A stretch of 64,000 nt of DNA from Botryllus schlosseri (lineage: Eukaryota), in the NCBI GenBank assembly GCA_051294905.1, contig CM119372.1, positions 3,350,001-3,414,000 of the forward strand. Direction: 5' to 3'. Shown piece by piece: positions 50,672 to 63,143 of the stretch. Below the pieces are notes generated by a model. That model ran no database searches, was not told where the DNA came from, and worked only from the letters and a program-made list of their open reading frames with translations. Position numbers and translations under genes: made by a program. Numbering within the stretch: position 1 is the stretch's first letter; each line of letters starts with the position of its first letter.

Positions 50672-50761
50672 CTTTCCATTTTCAGCGTCGACGTCATTGC
50701 CTTTCACACCTACGTAGTCGGTCTTGTTGGATTCCGGTGCGTTGCCAACAGTGAACACCAT
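50672..50761 (-). CDS. Type II membrane protein gene: first coding exon
   Basis: aaacATG context; MVFTVGNAPESNKTDYVGVKGNDVDAENGK |gttagt; phase 0 joins 49002. Confidence 0.7.
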
Positions 50762-51099
50762 GTTTTAGCGCTTTTTCACAACAGATAACGGATACACGTA
50801 TGGCTATCTGGAACGTTGATAAAACGTAACATTATAATTCGGACAACGGGTGGGCGGGGGTGAAATGTCATTTTGGAGCATCTGCATTTTATGCGGTTAA
50901 TCATCAGAATTATGTCTTCCTTCTATGACACATTTCGTATGTCAATGCATGGTCGGACACTAAAAATATCAGAAACCCGGAAATATATCGAATGTCATAA
51001 CACAGCAGTGTACTCATACTCAATATGGATGCAACTGGCGTAATATCGCCACTGAGCAGATTTGGAAAGTAGACAATCTCGTTGTCTCATTAGACTATA

Positions 51100-53170
51100 G
51101 TTGGAGCGAAATGTGGGTAATCTAATTCTAATAAATTTGTATAATGGTCCTATGATCTAATTTTCTGGTTCTGAGAATGCTGTAGGGTAACTGTGTACAG
51201 TGTACGGTCCGAAACGAAGCAAGCTTGCTGCACAAGTGCACAACTGGACATGGACATGGACATACATTTGCCATTCCTCATGCTTCTGAGAATTAAACTC
51301 TGATTTGATATGAACTGAACTTGATTCAATTTCCAAGTTTTCGCGAATTCAGTAAATCTAATTATATTCTAATTGGGAAAAACTGTGTAGCCATATATGT
51401 AATTATAATCTAATTTGAAAATAAAACATATTGCTGTATCTCTAATCCTACTCTAATTCAGAAAACCTGAGATTATTTTAGTTGCCAGCTCTGGTAATGG
51501 ACACACCACAAAAACAGCTTAAGTGCGAGCATCCACTTGATACGATTCCCAGCAACTTTACAACGAGGTTGCCCTTCCTGAGCGCGACAAAATACCAATA
51601 TCACTCCACGCCTGACACTCACACATAACGCGGCATAAATTCAGATCAATAGCGTTGCGTGATCGAATTCGCTACCGCATAGACAAACTTTACCATGCAA
51701 CGAAAGCTCTAACTTAATTTCACTGCAGAATACATTGTACAATAAGAATGTCTTGAACAATCTTGCCGTGATGCAGTTATTCCTAGCAGTAGATGTATTG
51801 ACCATATTATGTCACTATTTAAAGGACAGCTTCCCTGATGTCTAGCAAAGCATATTCTATTCACAGTATATAAAACGCCTTCACTGCATGCAAGTTCCTT
51901 TCTGAGGCAGTAATGCGCGTTAGCGCCTCACACTTGCTACATCTCGACTCTGGTTAAGCATCTAAATGGCTCTTGAAAACGAGCACACTCAGGACGGAGG
52001 ATCATTCGAGTACCACGTGATTTCCGAGGTCGCATTGTATCAAGCAGCCACTTGCGCCGCGTTCGTTATCATACGGCTTGCAACCAAGGCGGGCTATACC
52101 TGAATTATGGATCCAGAGACACAATTTAATTGTAGACAAAACACCATGTACTATACTATCTTTATCCTCTGTACACTTGTACAGTCATATACAATACTCG
52201 TAAGCATCACACAACGTACAGCTGCTATCCAGCAATCTTTCGTTTTACATTGATAGTCTTCCGCAAGCCAAGTGAATTGCACACTCACGCTGCTGCGTTA
52301 GAAGCATTGAGATGACGCATAATGTATAGCCCGATTCCATTCAAATAGCGAGGAAACGTCGTCGCTCAACTGCTCAGTCGATCCACGTTATGCAATCGAG
52401 ATGTGACGAGCGATATTCCCAGCAAAATCTTAATGCAGTGCCTGAATATGGTTCATTCACGTAGCAAATGTCCCAAAATAATTAAAAACGTGATAATACC
52501 CGCTCAAACACATCTAACGCATTTGAATCGTTAATTGTTTCATCAATCATCAAAATCGTCATCAATTCTCACGGTCGATACAGTACATTCACAACAATGA
52601 TCAAATATGTTCACATTGTTCAGTAGCGGAAGTAGTCTGCAAACTAATGGGGAGGCTACACTGCGCATTTGGGATATCTGACTTGTCTTTCAACCTGACA
52701 ACCACCAAAATATTGACATGACACCATATGGCAGACTTGCACAACTAGATATAATTCTAGTTGTCTAATTATAGACTAATGACATAGGACTGGTGGTGAT
52801 CTAATTATAATTTAATTTGTGAACTGTGCATTTGCTCTAATTCTAATTCTAAGCTGATTTGTGAAATGTTGCTATGCTTTAATTATAATTCAAATCCAAT
52901 TTCTGGTTTTCCTGAAAATGCTACAGGATAACTGTATATTGGGAAACAAGCTTGCTGTGCATACATTTGCCATTCTCGTGCTTTTGAGAGTGAACTCTGA
53001 TTCGATATTGACTGAACTTGACCCAATTTCCATGAGTTCGCGAATTCGCCCAATTCTAATTCTATGGTTATTTGAAAAAAAAACTATGTAGCTATATAAG
53101 TCTAATTCTAGTCTAATTTGGGAAAGCTATGCAGCTATAATGTAAATTCTAATCTAATTTGAAGAGGCTG
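51100..53170. repeat. Two copies of an AATTCT/TCTAAT-rich dispersed repeat (51100-51490, 52740-53170)
   Basis: The copies share catacatttgccatt...gagaattaaactctgatt.gatat...ctgaacttga; related copies at 37830-38040 and 39050-39370. Confidence 0.6.
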
Positions 53171-53835
53171 GAGACTTCATAATTGTCAAACTCAGCAATA
53201 CGGACAGAGGAGCAACTTTATGAGCAATTTTTATTTTCAATACGCCACGACGAGAATTTTAAATAATAGGCCTATTCAACGGGTATTTGGCATTCAATAA
53301 GATCAGGGGTGAGCACTGGGCAGCGTATGACCAGACCATGTGCATAATTATGTGACGCTGCATGACCTGACCACGATGCGCCGTTTCGCTACTGTTTACT
53401 GCGTCAAGCGATTTTGGATGCTGGCTATTCCTGAGTTGGTGTATATAACGCAAAAACATCAAGGACAAAAATAAACTACACGTTCTTTTCCTTTCCTGCT
53501 CTTAAAAAACACGTTGCTAGCTAGGTGCCTAGCCTAGCAATCCATATTTCGTGGCATTGTTGAAATTGCATACGACGTTACAGACGCATTGGAATATTGA
53601 TAAACCCAAGAAATCTGCTAGAGAAGGTGTGATTATAATCAAACTTCATCATACTGTGCGAACATTCGCTGTTTACGGAACCTATAGCAGCAAGAGCAAC
53701 AGCACCTGACAAATTTCGAAGCTACAGTTCATCATCATTGGTTTATTAGCTGTTTTTATCTGTTCAATACACCACAAAAATGCGATACAATTAAAAGATA
53801 GAGGAAGGTGTGGAAGCGACTTCGAGTAGTATATG

Positions 53836-54982
53836 TAGGGTTACCATATTTCAGCAACCCAAATTCATGACACTCTTTAGCGCCCACTAGTGGATTTCAA
53901 ATTGGATTATGACGTCACACTAGCATCGCTTTGCTCACAGACCCGAGGTTGTCACGGTCCGGTTCAGGAGTATGTGGCTGTGTGTTGTGTGACCGGGACC
54001 GAAAGCACATGTTTTAGCCCTCTCCCGCCCAAATAAACAATGATTTTGAGCCCACACTATGGGGTAATCGATGCAACTTCTGGGCGACTTCGCCTCCAAT
54101 TTGAAAATGTTCCGTGGCCCAGATCAGAATTTTACAATATTAAGCTGCCGAAGGCAGCATAGCGAGAAAAACTAATAGCTACGCCCGTAAGGGCGTAGTA
54201 CAGAGTTTCCGCAATGGATCCACCACAGTTCTTGTTCAGATTTAAGGCATGATATAATATATACATTTAAGATATATATATTGGTAGGAATTTAGTGAAC
54301 AAGACATTCTGGTGTTTTAGCCAAAGGATCTTCATCCGTAAGCTGTCATAGGCGGGCTTGACCCTACTGACAAGAATTCAAAGCGTGGGTGTTTTGGGTA
54401 GATATTATGTAACATAAAATCTGGGAGTATATAGGATAAAGAGTTCTTATGGGAAGATAAAGTATAAATAAAGGTAAAGTCATAATAAGGAAATAAGGTT
54501 AACAAAATAATTTATAGTATAAGCAGAGGGTAATAATATAGTAGCATGAATATGACTCAGTCCAGAGCAACTCTACCATAGCATCTCACGTCGTCAGGGG
54601 TGGTAAATATATAGGTAGGGCGTATTAGCATCTCCTTTTCTGTAGCAAATACCGGTAATGCTTACGGCAGAGGGATTATAACAATTTTGAGTGAGTTTAA
54701 ATAAATGAACTTGTCTGGGGGTGAATTTCTACGGAAATGGTTGATTTCAAATCGTATTTTAACATACTTCTAATTCGAAATCAGACAAAAGCAATGAATT
54801 TTTGAAAAGAACTAGTTTCATACTTAAGGATTCTGCAATAAAAAAAAATTGGAAAATTTTGTTAGTTCAGCAGTACCTTACGACCTTAAAAAGCGGGACG
54901 TTTGGCTGACTGGTCGGGACGCCGGGACAAGACGTTAAAAAGCGGGACTATCCCGCCTAAAACGGGACGTATGGTAAGCCCA
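53836..54982. mobile_element. Non-autonomous hAT MITE (CGGGAC arrays)
   Basis: TIR tagggttaccata / tatggtaagccca; TSD agt(a/c)tatg. Confidence 0.8.
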
Positions 54983-55597
54983 AGTCTATGGAATCAGACA
55001 CCCACCTTGGCCTAGGCCAGTGGTTCCCAACCGGGGAGGAATTCCCCCCTTGGGGGGAATTTTGTAATTTTTAGGGAGGAATTCCACTTTGGAATTGTAA
55101 CGGTTCTCCAAAATTGTTCATGTCCGAACTGTAGTCAACTAGTTATATCCAAACGTATGCTCCTTATGGCTGTTGTTTGCTGAAAGTATCTTCAAATGTT
55201 ATTTAAAATCTCTTTTTCATATACGAATCCCCCCTTGTTTTTTTTTAACTAGCTCAGATGTGCTGCAGTTCGCAAGACAATTTTGTAGGTCAGCGACGGC
55301 CTCTCAATCAAATATATCCTAAGCGAGCAAATGTCATGCCGAATCTATCACATCAAGGCTTCTAGTGAAAGTATTCATCTTATATTTTCAAGTCAACATT
55401 TTTGGACAGTGTCAAAATAGTCCAACGTCATCGATTCAAGTCAAAGAGATCACTAGCCTCGCTTTATTTTTAGTGAACAGCTACCCGATCGAAGAAAAGA
55501 CATGCTAAACTTGGTGCAATGTTGCCGAAACGGAATGGGTGTCCTAAATTTCAATGAGCTACAACAGGAAATCTGATCACGTGTATGTTATATACAT

Positions 55598-57962
55598 TAG
55601 GGATGTAACCAAGTCACGAAACTCCGAGTCACAAGTCAATCTCACTTTCATAGTTTGACTCGAGTCAAGTCGAGTCATTTTCAATTCACCATTGAGTCAA
55701 GTCCGGGTCTAAGTCAACGAGCAGAGGGTCGAGTCCGAATCATGGTATTATGACTCGAGTCCGAGTCCAAGTCATTGTGTTGACTGCAGGGCTTTGGAGC
55801 CGGAGCCGGAGCCCGGAGCCGGAGCCCCGGAGCCGTGCATTTTTACCGGAGCTGGAGCCGGAGCCGGAGCTCTATATAAAATTCAGCCGGAGCCGGAGCT
55901 GGAGCCAGTTATTTGAGGGGTAGCTCCGGCTCCGACGTATTTCATAAGATGCTATTATATATGCAACAACCATATCTGCTGAGTTCACCGAATTCAACAG
56001 CAGGCCTTCGCGATATTAAGAATCTTTTCCTCTTTGGCGCTACATTTTCCGACTAACCATGTTCCTGGGGGTTTAACAGCAGAGCAGTCGTATGTTCAAT
56101 GTTCAATTTTCATACATTAGTGCCGAACCTCGGTATGCGACATATGCCTGTGAATATTGTGGATATTCGGCATATCCGCAATTTCATCATCGGCACAACC
56201 TTGTTGGCCAATTGTATACGGTTCGAAAATAATGATCACTATGTATTACGCGAAATGAGAGAGAGGATAAAAACGTAATTTCGTTGCACATGTCGATATG
56301 ACGAGCACGAGCCGAGAAATTCCATCTCATCGTTGCTATGAATCGTCTTTTCGTGATATAGTTCTTCAGTCGGGCGGCGAAAGTGGACAGTGTTATTGCG
56401 AGTATGCAATTATGCATGCTAATTGCAATTCATTACTGTGCATCATTGTCATCTCCGGTAAGGATTTTCGAGCTTAAATAGGAGTTGGCAGAAGAGTAGG
56501 CCCAAACCCCATAGTATTCTATATTGGAGACAAACTACTGATTTGATACGCGATTTCCAATTTGTAATCATCTGTTTCGTAAACTTGTAAATGTGCAATG
56601 TGCATACGGCATAGTTTAATTCGTTATGGGCATGGCGCAATGTGCACGGCACAGTGTTTATTTCGATTCATTTCAACGGGAAAATATTATTCCGATAAAC
56701 TTGATCGACACCGGATGGACTGGTAACGAGTGCACCAATATCGAACGTCAAACCATTGACCATTTGGTACAAATCGAATTTCTATTGATCACGTCGTTAT
56801 ATCCGCCCAATTTGCCCTTACCGTACTACAATTACAGTTGTGAGTTGAATAATAATCGCACATTTAAAGATTGAACTAAGCTGTATGGTAATGGTAATGG
56901 CCTAATGGTAATGAGTACAGTGCCAGTGTTAAAACGCCGCATCAGAATTTTAATGCTGTGGCACGGAGTAAAGTGCTTTTTTTTAGTTTATTGTAATATA
57001 CGACGATTTACTAAGATGTGAGTGGACCCTGGATCTGCCAATGCGTCGAAACTGATATTTTAGTCCAGTCATCAATAACATCCCAAGTGCCGCGGCTGGA
57101 CTAATGATATTTTTGGTTGGCCAAGCGAGTTCACAATCTGAGCAATTCAATTTCGATAATATAACAGAATTTCGATAATATAATGTGAAATTAGCTCGCG
57201 GGCTACTCGAAGCCTTCTCGCGGGCCACATATGGCCCGCAAGCCGCGGGTTGCTCACCCATGATACAGACAGACACCTTCGATAGTTTTCAGAGCCGGAG
57301 CCGGAGCTGGAGCCGGAGCAGTGGTAATAATGCTGCTCCGGAGCTGGAGCCGGAGCTGATGTATGATAGAAAAAAGCTCCGGAGCCGGGGCTGGAGCAAT
57401 GCAAATTTACGGCTGCTCCGAAGCCCTGGTTGACTGCTCAGTTTCCAGTTGAAGTCTTGTGAAACCCATTTTTTATAACTCTGTTTGGATAGTATATTTA
57501 TATTGAAATGAACCCGAATATTTTTGGCTGACACTCGTCAGCGGTAATCGTCAGCAACTAGTAGAGATTTGGAAAGAACATTGTATATCAACAATCGTAT
57601 CACAAAATATGACTCTGTTTGGTAATATTGAATGATTTGGATTTATAATATACTAATTTTCCTCACTTTGAGCAGTTTCTTGTAGCATTTTCAAGTACCA
57701 GGACCATTAGACGAAATTCCAATCGGGTGGTCACTTTACTGTTTTTCGAAATTACAATGAAATGTCGGTCTTGGCTGTCTTATAGTCTCGAGTCATATGG
57801 CTTGGTTCGAGTCATCCACAATGACCTGAGTCCAAGTCGAGTCAATACAAAGATTGTCTCGCGTCGAGTCGAGTCGTTTCCGTATTTTGAGAAAATGACT
57901 CGAGTCAAGTCGAGTCATCAGAAAATGGTGACTCGAGTCAGACTCGAGTCTGGTCAACCCTG
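55598..57962. mobile_element. Nested GACTCGAGTC-array MITE
   Basis: Ends tagggatgtaaccaagtc / gagtctggtcaaccctg; TSD atatacat / ctatatat. Confidence 0.75.
55787..57428. mobile_element. Nested GGAGCC-array hAT MITE
   Basis: TIR cagggctttggagc / gctccgaagccctg; perfect TSD gttgactg (55779-55786, 57429-57436). Confidence 0.9.
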
Positions 57963-58984
57963 CTATATATGAAAGTGCCAATATTATTAGCCAAATATAT
58001 ACGCAAACTTGAGAAAAAATCGCGAGACCAGTAAATTTATGCATACTGGTTTTTCACAGCAGTTATATTAGCGATTGGTGCATGATAAGCCGAAAAACAC
58101 AAATGGAAGTGTGGGGATCTGTCGAGTCAAGCCTTCCAGAATTTGCTTGATTGGGACGAAGACCGTCGTTTCTGGAGGTCTATAAAGTGTTGTTACAGCC
58201 CTGCTAGAAACAACCACTCGGTACCGCCCGTCTTATTCTCTCAGTCAACAGGTGTTAGCGCGGTAAAAATGACCTTTTTTACTCCTCGGGCATATTTCTC
58301 CTAAGGGGGGAATTTTGGCTTAAATTTCGGCCAAGGGAGGCACGAGATGAAAAAGGTTGGGAACCACTGGCCTAGGCGAAGTAAAGAGGAGGCATGCACT
58401 GCACACTGAATTAAATGTAGAAGAAGATAGTATAGAAAAAAGAAAGCGACATAGAATGGGGTGGCATGTCATGGATGTCGAGATCGATAGGTCAGGTCGT
58501 GGTCGGTTAATCTTTAGATTGGACTAGTATTTATTTAGTAGTAATTGGTTGCATTTCGACTTGATTGTGGACATCAGTGGTGGCTCGTCCTATAAGGCAA
58601 CTGGGGCATTGCCCCACCTAAAATTCTGTTCAATAAAAATTCTTTACCATTTATAGACGCACCGAAATCACAGCGAAAATCGTATTCTTCTTGTCCTTTC
58701 GCTTGTAAATGCCCATATATAGCGAAATCTCTGCGAAAATCGAATTCTCTTCGTGTTTTCGCTTTGCGAATGCCTAGCCGGGGCATGCCCCGGTAACGCT
58801 CATAACAAGCTTTCACTGTCTATTCTCTCAAAGCCGCGCACAATATAAACGGTGATTTACTCTCTCCTATTCATAAAATTACCGAGCAACCGGGGCAACA
58901 TAGCCTAGTTGCCCTTAAGGTGTGATGTAACAATCGTATCTATATCTGAACTCGGTTATCGTCATATGCGTTGAGTCGATCTTT

Positions 58985-59995
58985 GCTGGTATAGGTCGAT
59001 TTTGATGGTGTTTCACTCCATGATAATTCTTGAAACTTGGTATGTCATGTCGTGGTGGTGGTATTTAACACTGTCCTAAGTTTCAGGGTTTCTACTCAAA
59101 GTTTAGGGTAGTAATTCCGTTTCCGAAGTTAAGTGTGTGCTGATCCGTCATGTATCGCAAACAGATTTTACTCAAAAGCCGGTATTGGTGTCCCTTGATT
59201 TTGACGATGTTCCATATCGAGATCGGTCATGACATTTGGTACGGTGAGTCATAATGTTAGTATCGAACGCTGTACAAAGTTTCAAATTTGTCACTGAACT
59301 ATGTTAGTGGTAATTTCGTTTCCTAAGTCGAGTGAGAGCTGACTCGTCATTTATCGCATTTACGCAAAGCCGGTGTTGGTCTCCATTGATTTTAACGATG
59401 CTCCTTAGCTAGATCCGTCATGAGCTTTTGCATGGTATGTCTTGATTTTAGTATCGAACGCTGTGCCAAGTCTCAAGGTTGGTACTCCTTGATTCGGGCA
59501 GCAATTTCGTTATCAAGGTCGAGTATGGTAGAGATGTGCGCTGATCTGACACTTAGCCTACCTAACGCATTGCGGATTTCACGCAAAAGCCGGTGTATCT
59601 GTGTTAACGCTAACTGTGTTCCATACTGAGATAGTTGATGAGATGATGATATCATGAAACGGTTTACTAACATCCTCGGTTTGCATTCAAATATTTAGTT
59701 TTATTTTATATTCTTCAATGTCAATTTCATCGTGCAATTGTGGCCTTCAGGCCATTTGCTTACAATTACAACCCCTGTCAAGCGCGATAGATGTTTCATT
59801 TTCGATGGTGGCTAACAGCTGATCGCTTGATCAGCCTATTCCTCAGTAAATTTTACGCAAAATTCGGAGTTGGTCTGTTCGTATTAATTTTCACAGTGTA
59901 CCATACTGAAAACGGTCATGAGGCTACTTCTCGATGATTTCATGTAACAGTGTACCAAGTTTTCGGCTTTCAACCACGTATTTATTCGGTAATAT
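58985..59995. repeat. Degenerate ~190-220-bp tandem repeat, 4-5 units
   Basis: Units begin ~58987, 59179, 59370, 59591 and 59866 (ccggt.ttggt...gatttt...tcatga...gtatcgaacgctgt.ccaagtttc...gtaatttcgttt). Confidence 0.75.
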
Positions 59996-60040
59996 ATTTT
60001 TCAAAGGCGATTTTGCAGCAGACATATAGACACTATAGAC

Positions 60041-61391
60041 CAGTGGTTCCCAACCTTTTTCGACTCATCGCCCCCTTTTCAAACTCCACACCGATAATTG
60101 CCCCCCCCCAAATATTGGGAACCGAAAAAGGGGCATACAGACTGAAATCACCGGCGAGTTGACTAAGAAAAAAGGTCAACTTTTCAGCTCGACCTCGAAA
60201 TTACACTTTTCCAGCTAACTTTTGGTGAGTTGACTAACAAAAAAGGTGATTTCTCCGACTTGATTCCAAAAGGACCGTAACAGCACTTCGTCAGCCCCCC
60301 CCAATACGTTGGTCTTGACCCCCTCCTCCAAAGGTTGATAAAGCAAACTTCTGCACCCATCAGACCCAACTCCCCCGATACCTATTTACTGCTACTTCTC
60401 AGCACAAATTGTTGGACTCTTTAAGATAGTGGGCCTAATTCGCGCAAAGCGCGAAAAATTTCAATCATTCATGATTGAATTGGTCAATATGATCGGGAAT
60501 TGCATGTATACTGCTGTCATTTTTATCCTCTCTTTGCTCATGTATTCAGATTAACCGGTAAAGCTGAGTGAGGTGTCTTGGAAAATGTAAGGCCCGTAAA
60601 TAATAATTGAACATATTCGGGCGGACCCGTGGGTATAATGACTTCGTTACGTAATGACATTTCGTGGCCTGTCTGTTGCGTCAAAAGATATTCAAATCGC
60701 CCATACGTACTAAACTAAAAGGCGCACACGATTTCAAATTGGTATTTCTGCACTGGGAATTAATTTTTCTCTGCGAGATGGCATTTTTTGTGGGATTCTG
60801 ATTGCCAGGACAGTAACATTTGGCGCCAGCCATTTAGGCGCCTATGCACAATTGAATATATCGTATATATATCGAAGTCGGTTAGCATAAAGGCAGTCCT
60901 TTTCCGCCAAGGTTTTCTCGTTCTGGCACACTTCTCGGAGTCGCATGTTGCATGGCCTGAAACTTCATATGTCTTGGTGCGTCATGGTGTGATAATGGCT
61001 GATGCCGAGATGCCCATTTCTATAACTCATGCGTATTATTTCTTGGAGGAATGGTATCCCATAAGCAAGAAATACGTGACCACGAAATGGCGCGCAGCGC
61101 GAAAATGTTTTGAAAAAGTTGCCCAAATTTCCAAAATAATACTCTATAATTATTGTTAATTCATGAAAAAATTGTGGGCCCGCTTCGAGCTCTGGCCACC
61201 CATCCCACTTAGGGGTTTGGGTGTGGCAGTTACGGTCATGGACGCCAATATAGCCATTTCAACGCGCCATCGCCCCCCTATCGCCCCCTTCGTCCATTTT
61301 CGCCCCCCTATCGCCCCATTGGCTATTTTTGCCCCCCTGGACCGACAAATCGCCCCCTGGGGGGCGATATCGCCCACGTTGGGAACCACTG
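60041..61391. mobile_element. Nested non-autonomous hAT MITE (ATCGCCCC arrays)
   Basis: TIR cagtggttcccaac; perfect TSD ctatagac (60033-60040, 61392-61399). Confidence 0.9.
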
Positions 61392-61940
61392 CTATAGACG
61401 GTAAGCCGTATGTGTAGCGTGACAGTCTCCAGCCTCAAGGCCAAAATCTCCTATGCTGTACCGGGACCGAATTTCCGAGGCTGCTATCCGTAGTTCTTCA
61501 GAATGATGTTTTGGATTCAATATGACATGTCCAATCTATGAGATAACAATTGCGTATGTGTGTCCGAACTCGTTGACCTTTCCAGTTAGACTTACGCAAT
61601 CTCTCGAGTTATAGTCATTTCCATTTCTGCAGATAATTAGTCAGGTGTAGTGCGAACATGAACCGTGTCGAATCTTTGTTCTGCACGCCGTTTACGCAGT
61701 TACCACACGTCAAGTCACAGCTCACCAGCAGACCGCTCGCGGCACATACGTTAAAATCAATGTTGTCGTTCGTGTTACCGTACCACCAAGTTACTTGTTT
61801 ACGTTGGAAAACGCCATTGTGACGTCATGTTGATGTCGCTTGCAGCCCTTGCCTCACCACCCGATATTGTCACGAGCCGCCACTGGTGGACATGCTCGTC
61901 GACTGTCGAATGACCGACGGGATACTGTTCCACACGTCAG

Positions 61941-62717
61941 TTGTCTGATTCAACCGTGACCAGAAGAGTAGCGACAATGTCAGTTGATCTTTTATCGCAT
62001 CCTATGAAACACATTGCCGCGGATAGATTACTTTAGCCTAGCATTAGACGAATCCACCGACTCAGACATTGCATAGCTAATTTTCTGGGTGTATTTTATG
62101 AGAATGGACATATTTGCAGCAGAAATGCTGGCAAGGCGACCAGCGTAAACCATCGACTTGACAAATCTGACTTCTGTAACTATTGATGCAGGGCTCCAGC
62201 TATGGACAGAAAGGAGAAGGGCTAATTGGTTTGCTCAGAAATGACCCCGAAACGCCAGACTTCTTCTGATATCACTGAAAGCTCAAGTGATGATGGCTTC
62301 TGTAACGAAAAAGTTACCATGATTTATACTTGCTCGCGCATTGAAACAGACAGTTCCGTTGTCTGGCGAAAAGGTTTGAAGGTATACACTATACATATAC
62401 CGACTTGGCAATGGACGCAATGCACGCTCCATGAAGGAATTTACATGCGTCAGGAAGATACATATTCCTCATGCAAAACATTAATTGCAAATTTACGAAT
62501 GCTGTCCATTATAATGCTTTCGAATCAGGGATATATATATCCCTGTTTCGAATGCATAAAAATGAACTGAACGCCCGTATACGGCTGGTAAATATGGGCT
62601 ACAGCAGCCTAAATTTAACAGTATAGCCCACAAATACATGGTAATAATGTCCTGCGGCCCGGGGCGTCTTTTTCTGTTAAAATTCAGCCGTTAAACATGG
62701 GAAGTCGAGAAACCCTG
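61941..62717 (+). pseudogene. Highly degenerate Charlie/Buster (GTF2IRD2-like) hAT transposase fragment with right end
   Basis: TVTRRV, YFSLALDESTD(S)DIA*L and NLTSVTID..APAM..KGLIGLL motifs in shifting frames; terminus gtcgagaaaccctg. Confidence 0.75.
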
Positions 62718-62728
62718 ATATAAAGCGA

Positions 62729-63143
62729 CAGTGGTGGCTTTTGGGGTGGGCAAGGTGGGCGGTCGCTCGGGGTCCCCCCTGGTCGAAGCCCTGCGCTTTT
62801 TTCAATAATAGCGAATAAACATGGAAATCCGTGTACCAAGCATGAATATGATTTCGTACAGATGTGTCAATCATCATCAAATATCTGCATTTGTTAGAAA
62901 AGTCCCGTATCCCGAAAATCACCACGCCTCTGCATGCGGTAGAATTACTTAGTTTTGATATAGTGTATCCTGGCACATATGCAATAATAGATATGGCCGA
63001 ATCCAGCATCTGGCCAAACCTTGACGTGGCGAAAGATTGATAACAATAACAGACGCGAAAGGGGGGTCTGGGGGCGGAGCCCCCAGAAGTTGGGGTTAGA
63101 TACTTATAGGGGGCCCCCGGTAAGTCTCGTAGGGCCACCACTG
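62729..63143. mobile_element. Non-autonomous hAT MITE
   Basis: TIR cagtggtggc / gccaccactg; TSD (t/a)aaagcga. Confidence 0.8.

Larger units (their letters stand above)
55018..58369. mobile_element. Non-autonomous hAT (Charlie-type) with nested elements
   Basis: TIR cagtggttcccaacc; perfect TSD gcctaggc (55010-55017, 58370-58377). Confidence 0.9.
58575..61885. mobile_element. Non-autonomous hAT element with internal tandem repeat and nested MITE
   Basis: TIR cagtggtggctcgt / acgagccgccactg; perfect TSD gtggacat (58567-58574, 61886-61893). Confidence 0.88.
53729..61940 (-). mobile_element. LINE family 2 3' fragment split into four pieces (53729-53835, 54991-55017, 58378-58574, 61894-61940)
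   Basis: Removing three TSD-flanked insertions restores a sequence collinear with 39580-39940. Confidence 0.88.

Noticed and set aside
54179..54198. Perfect hairpin ctacgccc-gtaa-gggcgtag as a terminator or Helitron end
   Set aside because: It sits inside a MITE, with no U-tract and no downstream CTRR terminus that I could tie to a Helitron.
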